Positions 1 to 10,494 of a DNA stretch of 51,865 nt are shown one piece after another. Made by a program: the position numbers and the translations under genes. The notes under the pieces were generated by a model. The model did not search any database. It saw only the letters and a program-made list of their open reading frames with translations, and had not been told where the DNA came from. This stretch comes from Chthoniobacteraceae bacterium. GTDB taxonomy: Bacteria; Verrucomicrobiota; Verrucomicrobiia; Chthoniobacterales; Chthoniobacteraceae. Within the stretch, counting starts at the first letter, position 1. Every line of letters starts with the position of its first letter. Location: the NCBI GenBank assembly GCA_040081625.1, contig JBEBGD010000032.1, positions 1 to 51,865 of the forward strand, written 5' to 3'.

Positions 1-797
1 TCGTGCATCACCGCGGCCCACGGGGCGACGAGCGCTTCGCTCTCGCCGCGCGCGGGGATGGCGATCTCGACGCGCGCGCCGGCGCGCAGGCCCGGGAGCG
101 GGGCGTCGAGTTGGTAGAAGAAATCGACAGTCGCGCTGGCGGCGCTGGCCGTGGGTGGTCCGGTCACGGGCCTGGCGCTCACGGCGGGCGCACGTTCGCC
201 GCCGGCGAGGATGCGCACTCGCGCAGGGGCGTCCGTTTGCAGATCGCCGACCTGGCCGATGAAGACGGGGACGCGGATCCACAGCCGAGCGCCGTCGGCA
301 TTGCCGACCTCGCCGCCGAGCAGGGCGCGGCGCTCCTTTGCGGTCGTGAGCGCAGACTCGGCGATCTGCACGGCGGTCTTGGCTTCATCGACGCTCCGCA
401 CGCTGCCGGCCTCGGCGCTCAACATTTTTTGCGCGCGATCGTGCGCGACTTTCGCGCCGTCGAGTTGGACGCGCGCCGTCTCGACGCGACCATCGGCATC
501 GGCCTGCGCGTCGGCGAGCTTGAGCACTTCGTCGAGCGTGCCGCCGACGACCGGTGCGACGCCGCCCTTTGCTCCGGCGAGCGGGAGGACGGCTTCGCCG
601 GGAAGGGTGCGCGTGTTCGCGATCGCGCGGCGCTCGATGGCGACGAGCTTGATGCCGAGGCGCTGCTCGGCCTGTGGCGTGAGGGTCACTGTCGCGAGGT
701 CGGCTTCCTTCACCGGGTTGGCGATCTTCGCTGGCGATGGGGCGTCGGCGGCGCGGAGGTCGAGGGAGAGAATTAGCAGGAGGACGATGAGGATCAT
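1..797 (-). CDS. Efflux RND/ABC periplasmic adaptor (membrane fusion protein), 3' end outside the window
   Basis: Absent from the ORF track because it has no stop in the window. Manual translation from ATG at 797: MILIVLLLILSLDLRAADAP...VTLTPQAEQRLGI...helical hairpin...LWIRVPVF...LRAGARVEIAIP...ALVAPWAAV. ATGA overlap with the TolC-like stop. Confidence 0.8.
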   Translation of the reverse strand, partial: MILIVLLLILSLDLRAADAPSPAKIANPVKEADLATVTLTPQAEQRLGIKLVAIERRAIANTRTLPGEAVLPLAGAKGGVAPVVGGTLDEVLKLADAQADADGRVETARVQLDGAKVAHDRAQKMLSAEAGSVRSVDEAKTAVQIAESALTTAKERRALLGGEVGNADGARLWIRVPVFIGQVGDLQTDAPARVRILAGGERAPAVSARPVTGPPTASAASATVDFFYQLDAPLPGLRAGARVEIAIPARGESEALVAPWAAVMH

Positions 798-2149
798 TTT
801 TTGGCGGCCCATGCGGATTCGGGGAGTTGAGCGGGGCTTTGCATCGCGTCCTCGAGGCGACCGAGGGCTTGCTGGATTTTGGTGAGCGCGTCGATGCGCG
901 CGAGGCGGTTGGTGGTGAGTTCGAGTTGGGCGGTGACGAGTTCGATCTTCGCGACGTTGCCGGCGTCGAGCTGCGCTTTGACCGAAACGGTCTGCCTTTC
1001 GAGCTTCGCCCTCAGTTCGTTGACGAGTTGCAGCTTCGTCATCGCGGCGAGGTAGGAGGCGACGGCGCGATCGACTTCGCCGATCACCTTCGCCTGCTGC
1101 GCGATGAATGTGGCGGCGGATTCCTTGCGCTGCGCTTCGGCTTCGCGAATGGCGCCGCGGTGTTGGTTGAGCAGCGGCATCTCGAACGTGAGCCCAGGCA
1201 GCGCCCATTTGTTTTCGTTCTGGTCGAGCGTGAAGCCGGGCGAGAGGTGGATGTCGGGGTATTGCTTCGCGACGGTGAGCGCGAGGGCGGATTCGCTGGC
1301 GGCGTAGTCGGCGAGCGCGGCGAGGAGATCGGGGCGGTTCTGCGCGGCCTGGCGGCGCGCGGCGCGCGTGGGGACGGCGGGCGCGCGTTCGAAACGGGCG
1401 AAGCGGACATCGACGGCGGCGAGCGCGTGCTCGGGGATGCCGATGGCGGTGGCGAGTTGGTGGCGCGCGTCGGTCATCGCAGCCTGCGCGTCGGCGTGGG
1501 AGAGGCGGGCGTTGTCGAGCGCGACGCGTGCGCGGGTGACTTCGAGGGGCGAGATGGCGCCGGCGCCGCGCTCGAGATCGAGCAGGCGCACGGTCTCCGC
1601 CTGCACGCTCTCCTGCTCGCGCACGGCGGCATCGAGCAGACGCGCACTTTCGAGCGCGACGAGCGCTGCGCGCACGCGGCTGCGGACCTGCCACGCCTCG
1701 GCGGCCACACGCATCCGTGCAGCCTCGGATTTCTGCCGGGCCTGCGCCTGGCGCCAGCCGCGCTTGCCGCCAGTCTCAATCGGCACGTCGAGGCTGAAGC
1801 CCATGATCCACGGCGTAACGCCAGTGCTCGTCGCATTGTAGGCGGGCGACCACGAGAGCGTGGGATTGGGCCGCTCGCCGGCCGTGCCGACTGCGGCGGC
1901 GGCAGCCTCGTGGCGTGCGCGAGCGACTTCGAGATCGGGCTGGAAGTAGAGCGTGGCGAGCGTGAGTTCGTCGAGGTCCCAGCGTTTCGCCGTGGCGCCG
2001 TGGCTGGCGAGAAAGGCGCGGAGTCCGGAGTCGGCTAGTGTTCGGCCGTCGAAGTCGCGCGCGGTCGTGGCGGGTGAGATCGGGCGCGATTCGAACGAGA
2101 CGCAACCGGCGGCGAAGAGTGCGAGTGCCAGCGATGGGCGAAGGGTCAT
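794..2149 (-). CDS. TolC/CzcC-family outer-membrane efflux lipoprotein
   Basis: Start MTLRPSLALALFAAGC (lipobox), two OEP repeats (PDLEVAR...PNPTL; RPDLLAA...YPDIHL). ATGA overlap with the kinase stop at 2146-2149. Confidence 0.88.
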   Translation of the reverse strand: MTLRPSLALALFAAGCVSFESRPISPATTARDFDGRTLADSGLRAFLASHGATAKRWDLDELTLATLYFQPDLEVARARHEAAAAAVGTAGERPNPTLSWSPAYNATSTGVTPWIMGFSLDVPIETGGKRGWRQAQARQKSEAARMRVAAEAWQVRSRVRAALVALESARLLDAAVREQESVQAETVRLLDLERGAGAISPLEVTRARVALDNARLSHADAQAAMTDARHQLATAIGIPEHALAAVDVRFARFERAPAVPTRAARRQAAQNRPDLLAALADYAASESALALTVAKQYPDIHLSPGFTLDQNENKWALPGLTFEMPLLNQHRGAIREAEAQRKESAATFIAQQAKVIGEVDRAVASYLAAMTKLQLVNELRAKLERQTVSVKAQLDAGNVAKIELVTAQLELTTNRLARIDALTKIQQALGRLEDAMQSPAQLPESAWAAKK

Positions 2150-3165
2150 TCGGCCGGCAGGGTGAGGATGAACTCGGTGCAATCCGAGCCCGAAGTGAAG
2201 GCGAGCGTGCCGCCGTGGGCGTGGGCGATCCATTGTGCGATGGGCAGGCCGAGTCCGCTGCCTTCGATGTCGGCGGCGGCTGTCGCGGCGCCGCGGAAGA
2301 AGCGCTGGAAGATGTGCGGCTGCTCGGAGGGAGGAATGGCGGGACCGGTGTTGCGCACGCGGAGCACGGCGTCGGCGGCGAGCGTGAAGGCGATCTCGCC
2401 GTCGTCGTGGTTATACTTCACGGCGTTGTCGGCGAGGATGAGAAGGAGCTGCCGCAGCCGGTGCCGGTCGCCGCGGATGGTGACGGGCGCGGCTTTGCAG
2501 ACGACGCGAAGGCGGCGCGACTCGCCGAGCGCGCGCGCGTCTTCGGCGGCGTCGCGGACGATGTCGTCGAGGCGGACATCGGCACGCTCGATCGTGACGA
2601 GTTGGGCATCGGCTTTGGTGAGCAGAGTGAGGCCATCGACGATGCGGGCGAGGCGTTCGATCTCGTCGAGGTGCGAGGCGAAGCGCGCGCGATCGGCTTC
2701 GCTGCGGCCGGGTTCGTCGAGCAGGTGGTCGAAGTCGGCGCGAAGGATCGCGAGCGGGGTCTTGAGTTCGTGGCTGGCGTGGAGCGTGAACTCGCGCACG
2801 CGATCGAAGCTCGCTCCGAGGCGGGTCGTCATGTCGTTGAATACGGCGGCGAGCTGGTCGAGTTCGTCGCCGGTGCCGCGGAGGGGGATGCGTTCGTCGA
2901 GGTTCGAGGCGTGGATGCGGCTGGCGGCGAGCGTGAGTTCCCGGAGCGGGCGCAGCGCGCGGACGCCGAGCCACCATCCGCCCGCGGCGAGGACGAGCAG
3001 CGGGATGGCGGAGAGCACGGCGACTTCGGTGAACTGGATCCAGAGCGCCTCGCGCTTCGGGTTGTTCTCCACCAGCAGTTCGTAATAGGTGACGGCGGGA
3101 ACGATGAGCAGAGCGAGCCCGAGCAGCGCGGCGAACCACCACGTGAGTCGCGTGACGAGGCTCAA
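2146..3165 (-). CDS. Sensor histidine kinase (2 TM, HAMP, HisKA, HATPase)
   Basis: H-box ASHELKTPL, N-box DNAVKY, G-boxes NTGPAIP and GSGLGL. TTG start overlaps the regulator stop. Confidence 0.93.
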   Translation of the reverse strand: MSLVTRLTWWFAALLGLALLIVPAVTYYELLVENNPKREALWIQFTEVAVLSAIPLLVLAAGGWWLGVRALRPLRELTLAASRIHASNLDERIPLRGTGDELDQLAAVFNDMTTRLGASFDRVREFTLHASHELKTPLAILRADFDHLLDEPGRSEADRARFASHLDEIERLARIVDGLTLLTKADAQLVTIERADVRLDDIVRDAAEDARALGESRRLRVVCKAAPVTIRGDRHRLRQLLLILADNAVKYNHDDGEIAFTLAADAVLRVRNTGPAIPPSEQPHIFQRFFRGAATAAADIEGSGLGLPIAQWIAHAHGGTLAFTSGSDCTEFILTLPAE

Positions 3166-3839
3166 TGTGCGATCTCCTTCATGACGTAGCCGGAGCCGCG
3201 GACGGTGTGGACGAGCTTCACCGGGTGCGGCGCGTCGATTTTCTCGCGCAGGCGCCTGATATAGACGTCCACGAGGTTCGTGCCGGGATCGAAGTTGAAG
3301 TCCCAGACGCGTTCGAGCAGCAGCGTGCGCCCGCAGACCCGGCCGGCGTTTCGCAGGAGAACCTCGAGGATCTTGTATTCGCGATTCGTGAGCTCGATGC
3401 GCCGGCTCGCGCGGCGCGCTTCGTGGGCGACGAGGTCGAGCGTCAAGTCGGCGAGCGCGAGCACTTGCACGCGCGCCTCGGGCGTGCGGCGGGTGAGGGC
3501 GCGGACGCGGGCGACGACCTCCTTGATGGCGAAGGGTTTCGCCATGTAGTCGTCCGCGCCGGCTTCGAGCCCGGCGACGCGCTCATCGACATCGCCGCGC
3601 GCGGAGAGCATGAGGACCGGGGTGTGGTTTCCCCGTTCGCGCAGCCGGCGGACGATGGCGAGGCCGTCGAGGCCGGGGAGCATGATGTCGAGCACGACGG
3701 CGTCGAAGGCGGTCTGCTGGATGCGATCGAGCGCGGCGTCGCCGTGCCGGCAGACCTCCGCCTCGATGCTCTGCTCGCGAAAGGCGCGATCGAGGAATGC
3801 AGCCATCTTGCGCTCGTCTTCGACGATGAGGACTTTCAT
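3162..3839 (-). CDS. OmpR/PhoB-family response regulator (CusR/CzcR-like)
   Basis: MKVLIVEDE, LDIMLPGLDG, GADDYMAKPF, C-terminal VWDFNFDPGTNLVDVYIRRLREKID...TVRGSGY. Confidence 0.93.
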   Translation of the reverse strand: MKVLIVEDERKMAAFLDRAFREQSIEAEVCRHGDAALDRIQQTAFDAVVLDIMLPGLDGLAIVRRLRERGNHTPVLMLSARGDVDERVAGLEAGADDYMAKPFAIKEVVARVRALTRRTPEARVQVLALADLTLDLVAHEARRASRRIELTNREYKILEVLLRNAGRVCGRTLLLERVWDFNFDPGTNLVDVYIRRLREKIDAPHPVKLVHTVRGSGYVMKEIAH

Positions 3840-3886
3840 GGCTGCGGCAGGGATGACGGGCACGGCTGTCCCATTATCCTGATGGG

Positions 3887-3977
3887 ATGAACCGACCGTG
3901 AACGGCAGATGAATAAACTGTCATTCAGGAAGGGCGCGGATGAACGAACTGTCATGGCTCTGTAAGCGTGGATTCAT
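3887..3977. promoter_or_regulatory. Two arrays of 11-bp-spaced pentamers, putative OmpR-family operator in a divergent promoter
   Basis: ATGAA(3887)/GTGAA(3898)/ATGAA(3909)/GTCAT(3920) and ATGAA(3940)/GTCAT(3951)/GTAAG(3962)/TTCAT(3973). ATGAAyrAACTGTCAT occurs twice, at 3909-3924 and 3940-3955. Confidence 0.6.
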
Positions 3978-3998
3978 GCGGGGACGCTAACAAGGTGG

Positions 3999-4757
3999 AT
4001 GTCCTGCCCGTGCGCCATTGCGCCATCCGTCGAGATCTCCGTCGTCATTCCATTCTTCAACGAAGCCGAAAGTTGCGAGGCACTGCTTTTGGAACTGCGG
4101 CTGGTCATGTCGGGGCTGGGCGGGAGCTATGAGGTGCTGTGCGTGAACGACGGCAGCGCCGACTCGACGAGCGAAGCACTCGAGCGGGCGTGCTCGGGCT
4201 GGCCGGAGGCGAGCGTCTGCAGTTTCACGCGGAATCACGGGCAGGCGACGGCGCTCTTCTTCGGCGTGCATCGGGCGGCGGGGCGGTTCATCGCGACGCT
4301 GGATGGCGACGGGCAGAACGATCCCGCAGATCTTCCCGGCATGATCGGGAAGCTGGCTGCTGCGGACATGGTGACGGGCACGCGCGTGAACCGCCAGGAC
4401 TCGTGGCTGAGGCGAAGGATGTCGCGCTTCGCGAATGCGATCCGCTCGCGGTTTCTCGGCGATGGAGTGCGGGACACGGGCTGCGCGTTGAAGGTGTTTC
4501 GCAGGGAGGTGCGCGAGGCGTTCATCCCCATCCGGACGCTCTATTCATTCACGCCGGCGCTTGCCGTGGCGGCGGGATTTCGTGTGATCGAGATGGAGGT
4601 GAATCACCGGCGACGGACGCGCGGCGAGTCCAAGTATGGGCTCGGGGTGATGCTCTGGCGCCCGCTGGTGGATATGCTCGGGGTGTGGTGGTTCACGCGT
4701 CGGCGCTGCGAGTTGCCAGGCGGGATCGCCGTCCGCCGGTCGGAGGCGGCACGATGA
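3999..4757 (+). CDS. GT2 polyprenol-phosphate glycosyltransferase (ArnC/DPM1-like)
   Basis: ISVVIPFFNE, VNDGSAD, NHGQATAL, LDGDGQNDP, DTGCALK, RRTRGESKYG. Exact start uncertain. Confidence 0.88.
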   Translation: MSCPCAIAPSVEISVVIPFFNEAESCEALLLELRLVMSGLGGSYEVLCVNDGSADSTSEALERACSGWPEASVCSFTRNHGQATALFFGVHRAAGRFIATLDGDGQNDPADLPGMIGKLAAADMVTGTRVNRQDSWLRRRMSRFANAIRSRFLGDGVRDTGCALKVFRREVREAFIPIRTLYSFTPALAVAAGFRVIEMEVNHRRRTRGESKYGLGVMLWRPLVDMLGVWWFTRRRCELPGGIAVRRSEAAR

Positions 4758-6229
4758 GCAGGCGCCTTCACGGCATCATCGCGGCACTCGCGGTCGTCTT
4801 CGCGTGTTTCGCCTTCCTCGGCTCGCGCGGCCTGAACGAGCCGGACGAAGGGCGCTACGCCGAGATCGCCCGCGAGATGGTCGCCACGGGCGACTGGCTC
4901 GTGCCGCATCTCAATGGGTTTCCGCATTTCCAGAAACCGCCGCTGCTTTACTGGTTCACGGCGGCGAGCCTCGCGATGTTCGGATCGAGTGAATGGGCCG
5001 TGCGCCTGCCGTCGGCCCTCGCCGCGCTGGGCACGCTCGGGCTGACCTTCTGGATGACGCGCACGCTCCTCGGTCGCACCGCTGCGTGGTGCGCGGCGCT
5101 TGCTCTGTTTTCCAGCGTCGGCTTCTTCGTGCTCGCGCGACTGCTGACGCCGGACATGCTGATGACGTTCTGGATCACCGCGGCGCTGGCGTGCCTGGTG
5201 CGGGTTTCGCGTGGCGGTTCCGCGCCGTGGGCGTGGGCGTTCTTTGCCGCGATGGGATTTGGATTTCTGACGAAGGGACCGATGGCGCTCGTCGTGCCGA
5301 TCTCCGGCGCGCTCGGGCTGCGGTGGGCCATGGCGCGGCAGGGGTCGAAACTCGCGCTCCCGTGGGCCGCCGGCCTGGCGCTCGCGCTGGCGATCGGGCT
5401 CTCGTGGTTCGTCGCGCTGGCGCTCAGTTCGCACGAGCTGTTTCACTATTTCTGGCACGACGAGTTGCTGAATCGCTTCGCTTCCCGCGCCCACGGACGA
5501 AGCCAGCCGTTCTGGTTCTTCGTGCCCGTGATCGCGGCCGGCCTGCTCCCGTGGGCGTGGTTCCTTCCCGGCCTGGTCCGCGACGGCTGGCGGCGATTGG
5601 GAAGTGAACGTCCGCTTTCGCCGCTGCACGGCCTGATGCTCGGCTGGCTCGTGCCGCCGTTCGTCGTCCTCTCGCTGAGCGGATCGAAGCTCTCGACTTA
5701 CGTGCTGCCGCTGCTCCCGGCGCTCGCGCTGCTGCTTGCGTGGTGGTGGAAACGGAACGGCTTTCCGCTGCGACGCGTGGCCGCGTGCTCCGGGATCGCC
5801 GTGGCGACGTGGCTGGCTCTTTGCAGCCAGCTCGATCGCTTCAACGATCTACTCGGGGCGCAGGCTTCAATCCGGCCTCTCGTAGAAACGCTGCGCCGGC
5901 AACCGGACCTCCACACCGCGACGATCTTCGCCTGCGGCGTCCGGGTTCACAGTCTGGAGTATTACCTCGGGGCGCCGGTGACGGTGACCCGCGGTGAAGC
6001 GGACGTCGTGCTGCCGCCGATGTCGGCGCAGAATTCCCGGCTGATGGACTCCGCCACGGCCTGCGAGGAGGCGATGTCTCGGCTTCCAGTCGCTTACGGA
6101 GTGCTGCGCGAAAAGGATGCCGCGAAATACTTCCCGCCAGATCGCTGGCGCTCGCTCGCTCGGGTCGGACGATACTTGCTCGTCGCACGCGAGCCCGTTC
6201 CCGAGATGGTCACGCAGGTTGTTCGGTGA
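4754..6229 (+). CDS. ArnT/PMT-family (GT-C) glycosyltransferase
   Basis: ATG 4754 overlaps the GT2 stop. [31 protein letters not shown], multiple TM segments. Confidence 0.88.
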   Translation: MSRRLHGIIAALAVVFACFAFLGSRGLNEPDEGRYAEIAREMVATGDWLVPHLNGFPHFQKPPLLYWFTAASLAMFGSSEWAVRLPSALAALGTLGLTFWMTRTLLGRTAAWCAALALFSSVGFFVLARLLTPDMLMTFWITAALACLVRVSRGGSAPWAWAFFAAMGFGFLTKGPMALVVPISGALGLRWAMARQGSKLALPWAAGLALALAIGLSWFVALALSSHELFHYFWHDELLNRFASRAHGRSQPFWFFVPVIAAGLLPWAWFLPGLVRDGWRRLGSERPLSPLHGLMLGWLVPPFVVLSLSGSKLSTYVLPLLPALALLLAWWWKRNGFPLRRVAACSGIAVATWLALCSQLDRFNDLLGAQASIRPLVETLRRQPDLHTATIFACGVRVHSLEYYLGAPVTVTRGEADVVLPPMSAQNSRLMDSATACEEAMSRLPVAYGVLREKDAAKYFPPDRWRSLARVGRYLLVAREPVPEMVTQVVR

Positions 6230-8237
6230 GGCCGGACGGGAAATCCGGCTGCGGGTCGGCGACGGGCAGTGGCGGCGGTTCCGAGGTCGGCGGCTTCGGG
6301 ATGTTCGCGGGCGGGTTGCGCATCGTGCCGCTCTGAATGATGTCCTTGACCTGCTCGCCGTCGAGCGTCTCGAATTCGAGCAGTCCCTTGGCGATCAATT
6401 CGATCTTGTCGCGATGCGCGAGGATGAGGTCCTTCGCGCGCTGGTAGGCTTCATCGACGAGCCGGCGCACTTCGCGGTCGATGTCCTGCGCGGTGGACTC
6501 GCTGTAGTCGCGGCCTTTGTTGATGTCGCGGCCGAGGAAGACGTAGTCCTCGTGCTCGCCGTATTCGACCATTCCGAGGCGCTCGCTCATGCCCCATTCG
6601 CAGACCATCTTGCGGGCGAGGCGGGTCATTTGCTTTATGTCGTTGGCGGCGCCCGTGGAGAGGTCTTTCGTGTAAAGCTCCTCGGCGATCCGGCCGGCGG
6701 CTGTCATGGCGATCACGTCGAGCGCTTCCTTGCGATGGAAGGAATACTGGTCGCCCTCGGGCAATGACATGGTGACCCCGAGCGCGCGGCCGCGCGGGAT
6801 GATGGTGACCTTGTGAAGCGGGTCGGTGTGCTCGAGCAGCACGCTCACGAGCGCGTGTCCGGCTTCGTGCCAGGCGGTGGAGATCTTCTCCTTCTCGCTC
6901 ATGGCGAGGCTGCGGCGCTCGCGGCCCCAGCGGACTTTGTCGCGCGCTTCCTCGAGCTCGGGGCCGGTGATGGCCTTGAGGTTTCGGCGCGCGGCGATGA
7001 GCGCGGCTTCGTTGATGACGTTGGCCAGTTCCGCGCCGGAGAAGCCGGGCGTGCCGCGCGCGATGACCGCGAGATCGACCGACTCGGCGAGCTTCACCTT
7101 CTTCGCGTGGACGCGGAGGATTTCTTCGCGGCCTTTCACATCGGGCAGGTTGACGGTCACCTGCCGGTCGAAGCGGCCTGGGCGCAGCAGCGCGGGGTCG
7201 AGCACGTCGGGGCGGTTTGTGGCGGCGATGATGATGACGCCGTCCTGCGTGTCGAAGCCGTCCATCTCGACGAGCAGCGCATTGAGCGTCTGCTCGCGCT
7301 CGTCGTGTCCGCCGCCGAGGCCGTGGCCGCGGTGCCGGCCGACGGCGTCGATTTCGTCGATGAAGATGAGGCACGGCGCGGCTTTCTTGCCCTGCTCGAA
7401 CATGTCGCGCACGCGACTCGCGCCGACGCCGACGAACATCTCCACGAAGTCCGAGCCGCTGATCGAGAAGAACGGCACGTCGGCTTCGCCCGCGATGGCG
7501 CGCGCGAGCAGCGTCTTGCCGGTGCCGGGATTGCCGACCATGAGCACGCCCTTCGGGATGCGGCCGCCGAGCTTCTGAAACTTCTTCGGGTCGCGCAGGA
7601 ACTCCACGATCTCCTGCACTTCCTCCTTCGCCTCCTCGACGCCCGCGACGTCCTTGAAGGTGGTCTTGTTCTTGTCGCGCGCGAGCATCTTGGCCTTGGA
7701 TTTGCCAAAGTTGAGCGCGCCTTTTCCCGCCATGCGGATCTGCTGCCGGAAGAGGAAGTAGAGCACGAGGATGAAGAGGACGATCGGCAGGAAGCTGAGC
7801 ACGGCGCCGGCGACCGCGTTGCTCTCTTCCTTCTGCACGGGCTTGATGCCGTGCTCGTCGAGCAGCTTGTAGAGGTTGTCCTGGAAATACATCAGGTTGA
7901 CCGGCGTGCGGATTTCCTCGGGCTGGCCGGTGACGCTGCTGCGGCGCCAGGCGCGCAGGATTTCATTCGCCGAGCCAGGCTGCGCGACGAGCGTGACCGG
8001 GTAGCGCGTGGAATCGTCGGTGATGATCTCCTTCTTGGTCAGCGCCTCGGCGAACTCGGGGAAGGTGATTTCCTTCGAGCCACCGATGGGGTTGGCCTTG
8101 TTGAAGACGAACGCGCCTCCGATCAGCATGACGGCGATCGCAAACAGCACGACGCCGCGCCAGTTGAAGTTGGGTTCCTGGCCGCCGCCGTTGTTGGGCG
8201 AGCGGTTGCCGTTGGGGCGATTTTCGGGCTGAGCCAT
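6210..8237 (-). CDS. ftsH: ATP-dependent zinc metalloprotease FtsH
   Basis: Start MAQPEN at 8237. Two TMs, Walker A GNPGTGKT, Walker [29 protein letters not shown]. Confidence 0.97.
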   Translation of the reverse strand: MAQPENRPNGNRSPNNGGGQEPNFNWRGVVLFAIAVMLIGGAFVFNKANPIGGSKEITFPEFAEALTKKEIITDDSTRYPVTLVAQPGSANEILRAWRRSSVTGQPEEIRTPVNLMYFQDNLYKLLDEHGIKPVQKEESNAVAGAVLSFLPIVLFILVLYFLFRQQIRMAGKGALNFGKSKAKMLARDKNKTTFKDVAGVEEAKEEVQEIVEFLRDPKKFQKLGGRIPKGVLMVGNPGTGKTLLARAIAGEADVPFFSISGSDFVEMFVGVGASRVRDMFEQGKKAAPCLIFIDEIDAVGRHRGHGLGGGHDEREQTLNALLVEMDGFDTQDGVIIIAATNRPDVLDPALLRPGRFDRQVTVNLPDVKGREEILRVHAKKVKLAESVDLAVIARGTPGFSGAELANVINEAALIAARRNLKAITGPELEEARDKVRWGRERRSLAMSEKEKISTAWHEAGHALVSVLLEHTDPLHKVTIIPRGRALGVTMSLPEGDQYSFHRKEALDVIAMTAAGRIAEELYTKDLSTGAANDIKQMTRLARKMVCEWGMSERLGMVEYGEHEDYVFLGRDINKGRDYSESTAQDIDREVRRLVDEAYQRAKDLILAHRDKIELIAKGLLEFETLDGEQVKDIIQSGTMRNPPANIPKPPTSEPPPLPVADPQPDFPSGLTEQPA

Positions 8238-8330
8238 AAGGTTTGGGCGGCTTCTTACACCACATCCCGTGCTCGGCAACGGGCAGAGGTGTCGCGTGAC
8301 ACACGCGCGCGGACACCCGACAGTCGGCCC

Positions 8331-9554
8331 ATGACACCCGATTGGGCCGCCATCCGCGCCGACTTTCCGATTCTCGACCAGCAGGTCAACGGGCACCCGC
8401 TCGTGTATTTTGATAACGCAGCGACTTCGCAGAAGCCGCGCGCGGTGATCGAGGCGCTGCGCACTTACTACGAGCGCGACAATGCGAACGTGCATCGCGG
8501 CCTGCACGAACTGAGCAACCGGGCGACCGACGCTTACGAGTCGGCGCGGGTGAAGGTGGCGCGCTTTCTCGGTGCGAACTCGCCGGAGGAGATCGTCTTC
8601 ACGCGCGGCACGACCGAGGGGATCAATCTGGTCGCGCAGGCTTGGGGTGGGCGGTTCGTGAAGGCGGGCGACGTGATCCTGCTCACCGAGATGGAGCACC
8701 ACTCGAACCTCGTCCCGTGGCAGCTCCTCGCGGAGCGAAGCGGCGCGCGGCTGCGCTTCGTGCCCGTGCTCGCCGACGGCACGCTCGATCTCGCCTCGCT
8801 CGACACGCTGCTCACGCCGGAGGTGAAGGTCTTCGCCTTCACCCACATCTCGAACTCGCTCGGCACCATCAATCCCGTCGCCGAGTTCTGCCGCCGGGCG
8901 CGGGATGTCGGCGCGGTGTCGCTCGTCGATGGCGCGCAGAGCGCCGGGCATGCGCCCGTCGATGTGCGCGAGATCGGGTGCGATTTCTACGCCTTCTCCG
9001 GCCACAAAATGTGCGCGCCCACCGGCAGCGGAGCGCTCTACGGCCGCGCCGAGGTGCTCGAAGCCACGCCGCCCTGGCACGGCGGCGGCGAGATGATCGT
9101 GAGCGTGAGCTACGAGCGCGCGACATTCAAACCCGCGCCGCATCGCTTCGAAGCCGGAACGCCGAACGTCGCCGGCGCCGTTGGGCTAGCCGCGGCGATC
9201 GATTACCTCGAAGCGATCGGCCGCGACCGCATCTTCGCGCACGACGAGCAACTCGCGCTCAGCGCCCTCGCGAAGCTCGAGACGCTCCCCGGCATCCGCA
9301 TCTTCGGCCCGCGCGAGCATCGCGGCGGGCTCGTCGGCTTCGCCGCCGAATGGGCGCATCCGCACGACCTCACCACCTACGCGAACGAATACGGCCTCGC
9401 CCTGCGCGGCGGCCACCACTGCAACCAGCCGCTCATGCGCAAACTCGGCCTCCCCGGCACCAACCGCGCGAGCTTCTACTTCTACAACACCGACGCCGAG
9501 ATCGACCGCATGATGGAAATCCTCACCACCGCGCACCGCTTCTTCACCCGATGA
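8331..9554 (+). CDS. sufS: Cysteine desulfurase, group II
   Basis: Start [37 protein letters not shown] (PLP Lys), RGGHHC. Confidence 0.96.
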   Translation: MTPDWAAIRADFPILDQQVNGHPLVYFDNAATSQKPRAVIEALRTYYERDNANVHRGLHELSNRATDAYESARVKVARFLGANSPEEIVFTRGTTEGINLVAQAWGGRFVKAGDVILLTEMEHHSNLVPWQLLAERSGARLRFVPVLADGTLDLASLDTLLTPEVKVFAFTHISNSLGTINPVAEFCRRARDVGAVSLVDGAQSAGHAPVDVREIGCDFYAFSGHKMCAPTGSGALYGRAEVLEATPPWHGGGEMIVSVSYERATFKPAPHRFEAGTPNVAGAVGLAAAIDYLEAIGRDRIFAHDEQLALSALAKLETLPGIRIFGPREHRGGLVGFAAEWAHPHDLTTYANEYGLALRGGHHCNQPLMRKLGLPGTNRASFYFYNTDAEIDRMMEILTTAHRFFTR

Positions 9555-9668
9555 CCACGGATTACGTTCATGAAAAGACCACGGATTACACGGATGGCAC
9601 GGATGGGAACGCGGGGCGGTTTGTCTTCATCCGTGTTATCCGTGCAATCCGTGGTTAATCATCCGTGA
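9553..9668. repeat. Empty (CACGGAT)x3 inverted-repeat element between sufS and sufU
   Basis: Arms 9578-9605 (ACCACGGATTACACGGATGGCACGGATG) and 9628-9655 are complementary at 25/28 positions. Extra copies: GACCACGGATTAC at 9553-9565 and ATCCGTG at 9661-9667. Confidence 0.9.
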
Positions 9669-9675
9669 CATCCAC

Positions 9676-10134
9676 GTGAACGCCGAACTCGAAGAACTCT
9701 ACCAGCAGGTCATCCTCGACCACTCGCGCCGCCCGCGAAACAAGGGCGACATCCCCGGCGCCATCCACGTCCACGGCGACAACCCATCCTGCGGCGACGA
9801 GATCGATCTGAGCGTGCAGTTCTCTCCCGACGGCGCGGTGGAAGACGTGAAGTTCACCGGGCAGGGCTGCGCGATCAGCCAGGCCAGCGCCTCCATGATG
9901 ACGCTCAAACTCAAAGGCAAACCGCGCGCCGAAGCCGAGGCGATGCTCGCCGCCTTCCACGACATCGTGACCACCGAAGTCGCCGACCCGCCCAAAATGC
10001 TCGGCGACCTGCGCCTGCTGGCTGGCGTCCGAAAATTTCCCCAGCGCGTGAAGTGCGCGATGCTCGCGTGGCGCGCCTTTGAGCAGGCGCTGCAATCGCC
10101 GGGCACCGTGACGACCGAGGAGCCGCAGACCTAG
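9676..10134 (+). CDS. sufU: SUF-system NifU-family protein SufU
   Basis: LYQQVILDH, NPSCGD, GCAISQAS, RVKCA; follows sufS. Confidence 0.95.
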   Translation: MNAELEELYQQVILDHSRRPRNKGDIPGAIHVHGDNPSCGDEIDLSVQFSPDGAVEDVKFTGQGCAISQASASMMTLKLKGKPRAEAEAMLAAFHDIVTTEVADPPKMLGDLRLLAGVRKFPQRVKCAMLAWRAFEQALQSPGTVTTEEPQT

Positions 10135-10191
10135 ACAAAAGCGGGAGCGAAAAACCGGATGACAACATTCCTCCTAACGCCGATACGCTCC

Positions 10192-10206
10192 TGAGACTTA
10201 ATCGCA
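10192..10206. promoter_or_regulatory. Fur-box-like 7-1-7 imperfect palindrome upstream of the feo operon
   Basis: TGAGACT-T-AATCGCA in an AT-rich patch, 9 bp before the feoA start; resembles TGATAAT-N-ATTATCA. Confidence 0.5.
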
Positions 10207-10215
10207 GTAAGCAAA

Positions 10216-10494
10216 ATGCCAGACCCCGATTCCACCCATTGCCCGATCCCACGCCAGGCGCGTGAGACGATCAGTTTGCTGGAAGCCCGGTGCGGCGAAC
10301 GGCTCCGGGTCATCGACCTCAAGCGGGACTGCGCGACCTCGGACCGGTTGCGCGAACTGGGCTTCTGCGAGTCCGCCGAGGTGTGCAAAGTGGTGGCGCA
10401 GCGCGGGGCGTGCATCTGCCTGCTCGCCGGCACGCGGGTCGCCCTCGGGCGCGATCTCGCGGCGCACGTGCTCGTCGAGCGAGTGCGGGCATGA
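10216..10494 (+). CDS. feoA: Ferrous iron transport protein A (first copy, Cys-rich)
   Basis: RLRELGF...GTRVALGRDLAAHVLV FeoA pattern; operon context. Confidence 0.82.
   Translation: MPDPDSTHCPIPRQARETISLLEARCGERLRVIDLKRDCATSDRLRELGFCESAEVCKVVAQRGACICLLAGTRVALGRDLAAHVLVERVRA

Noticed and set aside
3..885. Plus-strand ORFs 3-776 and 151-885
   Set aside because: They are shadows of the minus-strand efflux adaptor gene that runs off the window edge.
6210..9554. Long overlapping 977-aa FtsH and 913-aa SufS ORFs
   Set aside because: The N-terminal extensions are antisense to each other's genes. Real starts are at 8237 and 8331, giving a normal divergent pair.
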